Source: Vitrella brassicaformis CCMP3155 (taxonomy: Eukaryota > Protista > Chromerida). From it: a stretch of DNA of 15,450 nt. Below, piece by piece: positions 1 through 9,198 of this stretch (position 1 is its first letter; every line of letters begins with the position of its first letter). The notes below the pieces were generated by a model that searched no databases, was not told the origin of the DNA, and saw nothing but the letters and a program-made list of their open reading frames with translations. Both the position numbers and the translations under genes were made by a program. The stretch spans positions 1 to 15,450 of the forward strand of contig CDMY01000851.1 of assembly GCA_001179505.1 (NCBI GenBank), in the 5' to 3' direction.

Positions 1-268
1 GTAGGTAAGATGGAGGAGGGAGGAGAAGGCGCTGTGTGTAAATTACAGCAGGATCTACGTACGCACCTGGCCTTTTCAGGTGCATAGGACACTAAGGCAG
101 TCACTCGAATCGACTGAGAGATGGGAAGGAAAGGAGGGAAGGTGACTTAGACATATTTATGCACGAATTCCTGTATACATACAGTGTATCATGTTTTAAG
201 ACGTAGACTTCATCGTCGGATGTTAGCGACTGCCTCTCGTCGACGGATGGGAGCCTGGGGAGAGCAAG

Positions 269-514
269 TGGAGGACGGTGTGTAGAATCCTTCGCCGGCA
301 GACGAGAAACAAGAAGAGTCAGCACGTGCGTGACTGCGTGGATGGGTCCATCTACTTTACCCCTCTGATTGTCACGGTGGACGGGGTGTGGCAGAGAAAG
401 GCAGAGCACTCTTTCCATAGTCTGGTTGAGGCGTTGCGCATGAAACCTGCCTGGCGTGAGAAGTCGCCGGGGTAGGTGACGGGTTGGCTCCGTGCACGTT
501 TGTCCATGCATTAG
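269..514 (+). pseudogene. Remnant of the C-terminal restriction-like endonuclease (RLE) domain of a non-LTR retrotransposon
   Basis: Frame of ORF 278-475 reads RILRRQTRNKKSQHVRDCVDGSIYFTPLIVTVDGVWQRKAEHSFHSLVEALRMK, and past the TAG at 473-475 continues VTGWLRARLSMH. This follows the K-x-x-K/H..C..FTPLV-x-x-DG..A..L..W-x-RAR-x-S pattern I recall for RLE-clade LINE C-termini. It is broken by stops and no RT is visible. Confidence 0.55.
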
Positions 515-1237
515 CGCGTGGCGTAAGTTGGTGTGTGCATGGTGGCCGGCGCCATTGGGTTGTGAAGGGGGCGGGGTGGTAGATGGGACTGGCATGTTTG
601 TCGCTGATTGATAGATGACTGACCGATTCATGCGCTCTTGTATGTCTGACTCACAGACGTGTCGCTGCCGTCGCGCTATGCGTCAATGCCTGTATCACTC
701 ATCATTTCCGTAACTGTGGTCTCCATCTGATGAGAAAAATAAACTGAGGGGGCAAAAGAACGGTGCAGATAGACCGTTCTTCTCATCCACCCGCCTCAGC
801 AAGCCACATCGTAGTGCACGCATACGAATCCGCCCTCTTGCACCCCCCTTTCACCTATCCCCTGCCTCAATGCCCATCGTCTGGCAGGAAAAATAGGAGA
901 CGTATCCCTTCCTATGATACATACACGTAGCCCCCGTATTCCGCATCTACCCCCTTCGTCTTTTACCACTCATACATATTGCCACCACCCGCTCATCACC
1001 TATCATACACTGTACGTCTCACTGCTAGCACCCGAAACAGGAGCACCAGCCACTGTTGCATACGACCAACACGCACTACACTGCATCCTTGCTAAGCCAA
1101 ATAACTCGAAAACTGCTAGCCTGATCCAGAAAACGTTGAGTTGCCAGCCAACACACGATCCCATACACCTACCGATTGACTCCTTTGCTCTCGAGATCTC
1201 CTGCCATACACAGCATCATCTGTGTCTATCGGTACTT

Positions 1238-4200
1238 CTAAATGAAGCAGTAAAATGGCAGGTTGGCGGGGTCGAGGAGGTTAAACTTGCCGTCCTGGCC
1301 ATATTTGTCGCCAGGCAGAGAGCCCTCGCGCGCGTGGATCTTGGCCTGGATGGCCTCCATGGCTCTAGCGAATTCGCGCACGGAAGGTGCAGCATACTCA
1401 CCGAGGTCGATGGACTCGTACGAGTACATCAGAGAACAGGGACGATGGAGGGGGCGCACATACGCTGAGCCAACAAGTAAGTCTGTACAAGCAGGAAGGA
1501 AGAACACAGGCAGGCACCCTGCTTAAAGCTGCCCCGACCCCCCAAATTCCACATACTGTGTGCATACGCACGTTCCGCGAGGATATCTTCCTTGGTGAGG
1601 TCGTCATCGACTGTTTGGCTGATGTAGTAGGGCTGGAGGTCGACGGATTCGCCAGGCTGGGAGGGCATGGGATGGTGAAGGGTCATCGGCTTGTGCGGAA
1701 GGGCATACATATGCCAACTGAAGGAGGCAGCAACCGACAGGGAAGCAGGATTTGAGACATGCTCATACGTCCCTGTCACAACTCTCTCCCCATCCTCTTT
1801 GTTCGTATACTCCCCCCTCCGTGCGTGCGTGACGTTAATGCGTTGGTTCATACGTGTCGTCCGCATTCATGGTGTGATGGAGCGCCGCCGTGCGGTAGAT
1901 GCAGCTGGTCACCACTCTCACCACCTCATCCAACGACCGGAACGTGCCGGGGAAGCCGGGGATGACGCCGCAAGTCGCCACACCCCACGACTGCAATTCC
2001 CAGTCGGCCACCACGTCACCATCGCTGAAGTAGTAAGCTGACAAGTAGTTCTAGGGAAGGGGAAGGCGGGGGGGGAAGGGGGGGTGCGAGGATGTATCAT
2101 GTCACCGGCTGGTCACGCACTGGCTCGTCAGCTACCTTCACGAAGGTTCTGATGGCGTCGTAGAAGCTGATGAGGTCGTCCTGTCGCTTGAAGCCAGGAA
2201 TCTTGGCGGTGCCGCGCTGCGCCATGCGCACGTAGAGGTCGGCCTCCCAAAAGCTCCCCTCCTCCTCCAATCTCGTCCACGCATCAACAACCCACCTGCC
2301 CGTAGATACAAAGAAGAGTTACACATACAGCATCAGGACGAAGTGCCATGCCTCAGACGAAACTCCCTGTTGTGAGCACAGCCACTTGCACGTAGACGGC
2401 ATGTCCAAATCTATCCCGCGATACATACATGCCATGCCATCCGTCTGCCTATCTGGCGTACTTGTGCGAGCCGACAGAGCCCGGTCCAAACACCATGTCG
2501 ATGCCACCGCCGGGCGCGAAGAGGGCGAGGGAGATTGCTTGGAAATCGTTGAAGAAGAGCTGAGACATATGGTGCTCAAGGAGGACATGCACTGGGTGGG
2601 TGGGGTGTAGCTGACGATGCAATTCGACACGCACAGGGTCGAGTATCTGCAGGCAGACAGTTACAGAGGGATGCACATAAATAGGCCGATGTGAGACCAT
2701 CCCCATGCCAGCACACATGGTATGAGATGTCCATGTACTTCTCTTCTCAGCCCTTCCCGTCCCTACCTACCAGATGGACGTGNNNNNNNNNNNNNNNNNN
2801 NNNNNNNNNNNNNNNNNNNNNNNNNNNNNNNNNNNNNNNNNNNNNNNNNNNNNNNNNNNNNNNNNNNNNNNNNNNNNNNNNNNNNNNNNNNNNNNNNNNN
2901 NNNNNNNNNNNNNNNNNNNNNNNNNNNNNNNNNNNNNNNNNNNNNNNNNNNNNNNNNNNNNNNNNNNNNNNNNNNNNNNNNNNNNNNNNNNNNNNNNNNN
3001 NNNNNNNNNNNNNNNNNNNNNNNNNNNNNNNNNNNNNNNNNNNNNNNNNNNNNNNNNNNNNNNNNNNNNNNNNNNNNNNNNNCGTGCGTGACGCTAATGC
3101 GTTGGTTCATACGTGTCGTCCGCATTCATGGTGTGATGGAGCGCCGCCGTGCGGTAGATGCAGCTGGTCACCACTCTCACCACCTCATCCAACGACCGGA
3201 AGGTGCCGGGGAAGCCGGGGATGACGCCGGAAGTCGCCACACCCCACGACTGCAATTCCCAGTCGGCCACCACGTCACCATCGCTGAAGTAGTAAGCTGA
3301 CAAGTAGTTCTAGGGAAGGGGAAGGCGGGGGGGGAAGGGGGGGTGCGAGGATGTATCATGTCACCGGCTGGTCACGCAGTGGCTCGTCAGCTACCTTCAC
3401 GAAGGTTCTGATGGCGTCGTAGAAGCTGATGAGGTCGTCCTGTCGCTTGAAGCCAGGAATCTTGGCGGTGCCGCGCTGCGCCATGCGCACGTAGAGGTCG
3501 GCATCCCAAAAGCTCCCCTCCTCCTCCAACCTCGTCCACGCATCAACAACCCACCTGCCCGTAGATACAAAAATGCATTTACACATACAGCATCAGGACG
3601 AAGTGCCATGCCTCAGACGAAACTCCCTGTTGTGAGCACAGCCACTTGCACGTAGACGGCATGTCCCACTCTATCCCGCGATACATACATGCCATGCCAT
3701 CCGTCTGCCTATCTGGCGTACTTGTGCGAGCCGACAGAGCCCGGTCCAAACACCATGTCGATGCCACCGCCGGGCGCGAAGAGGGCGAGGGAGATTGCTT
3801 GGAAATCGTTGAAGAAGAGCTGAGACATATGGTGCTCAAGGAGGACATGCACTGGGTGGGTGGGGTGTAGCTGACGATGCAATTCGACACGCACAGGGTC
3901 GAGTATCTGCAGGCAGACAGTTACAGAGGTAGGCACATAAATAGGCCGATGTGAGACCATCCCCATGCCAGCACACATGGTATGAGATGTCCATGTACTT
4001 CTCTTCTCAGCCCTTCCCGTCCCTACCTACCAGATGGACGTGGATGAAGTGGTCGTAGGCTTGGGCGACACCCTCGGCAGCGTCCGCAGCCATCTTGGCG
4101 AGCTGCCACTCGCTCGCCGTGCTGTTGGTCCATTTGACCACGCGGCCGGTGGTGGGATCCTCCATCCCGGCCAGCTGGGGCGTGTAGGTGATACCGTTGT

Positions 4201-5928
4201 CGACCACGTGTATAGCGAAAACGATCAACTTCTCCTCGGCCTTAGGGATGAGGCCTTGGCCGTCACGACCGAGACTTCGTCGGTTGCTGATGACGGATAT
4301 CGGGTGGCCTGTAGCTGTGGTGCCTGATACTCGACAAAAATAGGCGATAGTCGAAGGAGTGTACTGCAGAAAGACACACACACACACACACACTCCACAC
4401 AGAGGGAAACACATACGTACAGCCGTAAGACACCCTCCCTCCCTCTCCTACTACCTTCCATGGCGTAGCTGGCTTGTTGTAGCGGTGCATTTCCGATATG
4501 TCCTGCGCACCCACACCCATGGAAGTCCATATCGACGCCTCTCTGTCCGTCGCTGTACCAAACGCCTGGCTTTCACGTGTCCATACATACATCCACCAAT
4601 ACCCACACCCACCACGATGAAAATGTCCTCGGCCTCCAGGAGCGACGGGAAGTCTCGCCCGCAGGCTTCGAGCGTCACGGAAGGGTTGTCATCAAAGCGG
4701 TTGGTGAAGCGCGGCTCGTTTGGTATCTGTTCGAGGCGAAAACCCTTGACTGATCCAAACAACAGGGACGCAGTAGGTACACGTGTATAGAGTATATCAT
4801 GATTGAGAAGGGTGTTGGAATGCCCTCGGAAAGTGCAGCCAATGGACCTGTGAGGCGGTCCATGGCAAAGGCTTCGTCATTGGTGCCACTACAGACAGGC
4901 AAATAGGGAGGGAGGGGGATGTCCCGTTCGATCCCACTTATCTGTGCCCTTCCCTCCCTGCCTGTAGGATGAGTAGGGACGGTCAAGCAGTCCAATCTTC
5001 TGAATGCTTTTGCTGTTCTCGAGCTCGCGGTACACCTCTTTGAAAAACTCCTCCCCGCGGGAAGGGGAGTCACGCAGCAGTCGCTTTAGCAGCTCAATGG
5101 CAAGATTCTTGCGTCTGTAGCTGTTCTTTTTCGTCATCGGCAGGGCGAAGAGGGCCGCGTCCTTCAGCAGAACTGTGCGACGTGCAGGACATACAACCAA
5201 GCATCGCTTACTACTCCTCTCTCTGACGAATGGCTTTGTCTGTCGACTCCCTGACGTACGTGTTTGGTATCGTGTGCAATCGTCCTCGCACATTAACGGG
5301 CTCAGCCTGCTGCTGTTAAACTCTTTCAACGGCGGGAGGGGACGAGGCATGGGACCTGCATGAGCGCACACAGGTGACGCCGACCGACACATGTAGGGTC
5401 AAAGAAGGCAAGTGAGGAGGCAACCCCGTTGCGTGCATTGTTGGATCAGTGGATGTCGTTAAGCGTGTGCAGGACATACAACCAAGCATCGCTTACTACT
5501 CCTCTCTCTGACGAATGGCTTTGTCTGTCGACTCCCTGACGTACGTGTTTGGTATCGTGTGCAATCGTCCTCGCACATTAACGGGCTCAGCCTGCTGCTG
5601 TTAAACTCTTTCAACGGCGGGAGGGGACGAGGCATGGGACCTGCATGAGCGCACACAGGTGACGCCGACCGACACATGTAGGGTCAAAGAAGGCAAGTGA
5701 GGAGGCAACCCCGTTGCGTGCATTGTTGGATCAGTGGATGTCGTTAAGCGTGATGCCTACCTGGCGGGAAGTCCTGATGAAACAAAACAGAGATAGCTTG
5801 CCATCGGGCGACGAGAGGTGAGCGCGTGCATGCACCCCTCCATCTCCTCCAATCCCTCCCTGCCTATCTGCCTGTCTTACCACGCCCGTGAAGCCGCCGT
5901 CATTGCGGAACCTGGATCCGATATAGAG
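1238..5928 (-). CDS. LOX: Lipoxygenase (non-heme metal dioxygenase), multi-exon, 5' end unresolved
   Basis: Hand-spliced GT-AG exons (minus strand): 5928-5881, 5773-5761, [5640-5545 duplicate], 5355-5260, 5172-4938 (3' border uncertain), 4888-4848, 4749-4613, 4565-4455, 4363-4031, 3906-3722, 3554-3395, 3309-3113, then 1717-1518, 1482-1238. The equivalent duplicate exons are 2646-2462, 2295-2136 and 2050-1854. All phases are compatible, giving ~666 aa with one copy of each exon. LOX motifs: DEAFAMDRLTV; EWQLAKMAADAAEGVAQAYDHFIHVHL|ILDPVRVELHRQLHPTHPVHVLLEHH; LFAPGGGID; YVRMAQRG; FYDAIRTFVK|NYLSAYYFSDGDVVADWELQSW; IYRTAALHHTMN; C-terminus FNLLDPANLPFYCFI-stop (terminal Ile ligand). No ATG was identified upstream. 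Confidence 0.9.
1824..4042 (+). repeat. ~960-bp near-identical direct duplication (1824-2782 vs 3083-4042) flanking a 300-N gap
   Basis: The offset is 1259/1260 throughout. There are about a dozen differences, mostly intronic. The copies abut the gap on both sides. Confidence 0.95.
2783..3082. other. Assembly gap (exactly 300 N)
   Basis: The N run has the same length as the second gap, so it is probably a placeholder. Confidence 0.99.
5182..5751 (+). repeat. 285-bp perfect tandem duplication (5182-5466, 5467-5751) containing a LOX exon
   Basis: The two units read as identical by eye. Each contains a 96-nt phase-1/phase-1 exon (GPMPRPLPPLKEFNSSRLSPLMCEDDCTRYQT) with CAG acceptor and GTACGT donor. 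Confidence 0.95.
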
Positions 5929-5945
5929 CTGCACCCACACATACA

Positions 5946-7114
5946 CAAACCAACAGAGACGGATGGCACGCTGGCAGGCAGCTGTCTACCCTCTGCGTGT
6001 GAGAACCAATGCCCCGAACACTTGATACGCCCCTAAGTGTACTACCAGTACTATTCACATATCCACAAACCTGTCTTGGGCCGTTGCGGAGGTCCTCGTC
6101 GCCCTGCACTCTCACAAGGTCGGCCTGGCGCGTTGCGGTGGGGAGGTGGGAGCGTTGAGGCAGACTCAGAATCCTTGTTGCGAGGGGCGAGGCTACCTCT
6201 GCGCCACCAAAGAGGAAACCGAGACAGCAATGATGTAGTGGCAGTTTCACCGTATCGTGCGTCCGACTCAGATGGCTGCCTGCTTACGGGCTTTCATTTC
6301 ACGAGCCAGGAAGACCGAGGCAATGGTGGCCAACGAGGCCAAGAGAGGGTGGAGGTTCGGCATTCCGGAGGAGGTTGTGCCAGACGTCACGTCACATCAG
6401 GTAGGAAACTGAGCAATGCTGCACGGTTGAGCTGGCAGAGGCACCACATCACGCGAGGGGAAAGGGTGTGCTGTGTGGGGTGGTTATCAAGCATCGCTTT
6501 TGCCCCCCACTCCTATCGTTTGCTTACGTGTGGTAGTCGGAGAAAGGACGACGAACACCGACGGATCTGGCTGCATGGGTTCACGTAAGGCCGGAGGTGG
6601 CCACCCGGCGATCTCCCACCTCAGCAGGCGTCGATCTGCCTTGTGTTATTGGCACGATTCATCGTGCGATTACGACCGATATGAGCACGGTCCCCCCGTG
6701 TGATATCGGGTGTTCTGAGACGCGGATGGGAAGAGCGCTTGGGACTCGCATCTTTGGGCCAGACGCGTCAGGCGGCTAGCTGTGAGCCGGTCTGTGCCTG
6801 CCTTCGCTCGCAGCGTTGTTTTTCATTCTCCATCAGCATGTCGAAGCGACCCTGCCAGCGTTGACCCCGCTCAGCTTCAGCGTGCCGCGGTGATGGCACA
6901 GGTAGATGTCCCTCTCACTGTGCCACCACCCCTTCCCTCGAGACACTTCAGACACAGATCCGGCAAACCGACAGAGACGGATGGCACGCAGGCAGGCAGC
7001 TGTCTACCCTCTGCGTGTGAGAACCAATGCCCCAAACACTTGATACGCCCCTCAGTGTACTACCAGCACTATTCATATATCCATAAACCTGTCTTAGGCC
7101 GTTGCGGAGGTCCT
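5946..7114 (+). repeat. 151-bp dispersed direct repeat (5946-6096 and 6964-7114)
   Basis: Both copies run caaacc(a/g)acagagacggatggcacg...gccgttgcggaggtcct. I counted 8 mismatches in 151 bp. Confidence 0.93.
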
Positions 7115-7160
7115 GTCAGAAGTGCAAGTCGGTCCACTGTAGATCGACGAGCCACTGACG

Positions 7161-7392
7161 TGTAAGACAGGACTGCGTGGTGAGTCTTTCGATGATGTCC
7201 GTGTCCAAGAGACAGGCCATGGCGGACAGGACGTCGGGCAGGATGGACTGATCTATGCTACATGCCATGCATGGACTTTCCACACAATCCCCAGACCTCA
7301 AGTTGCATTGACTTAATCCTTTATCCGGGACTGACCGCCCGGCTGATCCTCTCTTCACCATTCTCACCGCTTCTCTCCCACCTATTCTGACA
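7161..7392 (+). repeat. Putative 5' LTR (232 bp)
   Basis: It begins TGTAAGA and ends TCTGACA (TG...CA, imperfect inverted termini), and is immediately followed by a TGGT-initiated PBS-like motif. No second copy is in the window to confirm it. Confidence 0.6.
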
Positions 7393-7405
7393 TGGTCGCA
7401 GCGAG
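7393..7405 (+). promoter_or_regulatory. Putative primer-binding site TGGTCGCAGCGAG
   Basis: It directly abuts the LTR-terminal CA, starts with TGG (complement of tRNA CCA), and resembles initiator-Met-type PBSs (TGGTAGCAG.G). Confidence 0.55.
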
Positions 7406-7662
7406 TTGGTTTGTCTCTTCCGCCTGATCGGCAGTTGGGCAGATCCTAACAGGTCTGTCTGTCATCCGCCTTTCGGCAGTCTGTGCAGCAGCCAGTCTAT
7501 CGTCTGTCTATCAGCAGCTGATAGATCCTAACCGGTCTATCAGTCCGCATTCTCTCGGTGCTATCAGCCCCAAAAGACTTCTTCACTGTCAAGCGCCTCT
7601 TCAGCAGCAGCCAGTGTGACGATCCTGACCGGTCGACCTGAGCAGCAAGAAGAGCGGCAGCA

Positions 7663-8700
7663 ATGGCGCAGCCCATCTTTGCATTCGACCCCAAGACCGT
7701 CATCCGTACCTTTAATGGAGACAAGGACGACTGGCGTGAGTGGGAATTTACCCTCAGAGCCTTCCTCCTGGCCAAGGAGATGCCCACAGAGCGTTGATGC
7801 CTGAGAAGGAAGAAGACATTCCTCAGTTACCTGACCCGAATGATGATGGAGACCGTGGCGAGCAGCGAACGAAGGAGAGGAGTGTGTTACGACAGCTCTT
7901 CGGCTTCCTCGTCCTGCACACAGAAGGCAAGGTAAAACGGACCATCCAGTAGTCATTCGACAAGTATGGCGAGAATGGTGCACGAGCCTATTGGGAGTTG
8001 CGCAAGCGGTGCGTACCTGAGCGAGTCGTCTGTCGACATGAGGTCCTCCGCAACTTCTTCCAGTACCAGATGGAGAAGGACGATACCGACGACGCTCTCA
8101 CCGACTTCAACTTCCTGGCGAAGCAGTTGAGCGACATGGGAGAGAAACCAACACCGACAACACCAAGATAGCCGTCATGGTGAATGCCCTACCTCCTCGA
8201 TTTGAGCGTTTCAAAAGCTCGCTGGACTACCGCTTCAACGACCTCACATGGGAGCAATTCGAGGAAGCCCTCCGCAATGCCAACGACCGCATGCAGCATG
8301 CGAGAAGGATGAGCCAGCAGCGTGACCGCTTTCGACAGAAGGGCAACCAGAACGGACGCCAACATGGTCAGCCACACAATGGCAATCGACCTGACACATA
8401 TCAGGGAGGCAACAGGAACAACGAACGGCCTTACCGAGACAATCGTGACAGCCGCTACGAATGGCGACGCCAACCAAACGGCAACCCCACGGCAACAACA
8501 ACAGAAGGAACGGCAATCAGTGGAACTCATCAGGGGCGCCTTTCCGCACCTACCCGAGTGGCAATGGAGGACATCAAGGGGGCAACGGTGGACGCCAGCA
8601 GCAGCCCATCGTTCGTCACGACAAGAACGGAGATGTCATCATGAATGCGACGCGCACGAACGGCACGAGTAGCCGCAATCGGCGTGTCCACACGAATCAA
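7663..8700 (+). pseudogene. gag: Copia Gag, frameshifted
   Basis: ATG at 7663: MAQPIFAFDPKTVIRTFNGDKDDWREWEFTLRAFLLAKEM. Frameshift near 7790, in-frame TAG at 7950-7952, then ARAYWELRK...LAKQLSDMGE. Frameshift near 8160, then KIAVMVNALPPRFERFKSSL, followed by an N/Q/G/R-rich tail with another frameshift near 8485. Confidence 0.85.
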
Positions 8701-9198
8701 CTCGACGGGTGTGATCACATCAACGACACCTGCGAGCAGATAACAACCGACCTGGAAATGGTGGGGACCGTCACGGCCGTTGAGTGCGAGGAAGAGGTGG
8801 TCAACGTCAGCGGTGTGTCTGTGAGACCTACCTCCATGATGATCGATTCAGGAGCCGGCAAGACATGCTGCCACCAGCAGTTTCTCTTCGACGAAATCAA
8901 ACCACTTGACCGACACATCAAGATCGTCATGGCCGATGGCACGTCCGTACCGGCCAGAGGAGTCGGCCGCATCAAGTACACCTGTGAAGAGGTCAACAAC
9001 GGCAAGAAGACCGTGTGTGTGGATGGTGTGCTGTATGTGCCTGATCTGAAGTTCAACCTCCTCTCCGTCGCTCACCTGGTGGATCAATACTGCATCGAGT
9101 TTCTTATTGGCCCCGGCGGAGCCCACATGACCGCAACAAGGAGAGGAGACCGCTACCCGCTGGTCAGACGTGGTCGTTTCTGGTACCTGGACATGTAG
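8461..9198 (+). pseudogene. pol: Copia aspartic protease region of Pol
   Basis: MIDSGAGKTCC (D-S-G catalytic motif), IVMADGTSVPARGVGRI and VLYVPDLKFNLLSV are all present. It ends in a single TAG (9196-9198) that is in frame with the integrase ORF. Confidence 0.9.

Noticed and set aside
2319-2450. ORF segment QTDGMACMYRG...EAWHFVLML as an extra LOX exon
   Set aside because: Direct phase-2 splicing from 2462 to 2295 gives GSHK-WVVDAW with the expected LOX spacing, so this segment is intronic.
2691-3300. ORFs spanning N runs (also 12507-13001)
   Set aside because: They are artefacts of translating assembly gaps.
5900-6250. ORF MKLPLHHCCLGFLFGG... as a LOX signal peptide exon
   Set aside because: The 'M' is a GTG, and there is no in-frame ATG before the upstream stop at 6284-6286. 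Secretion cannot be claimed.
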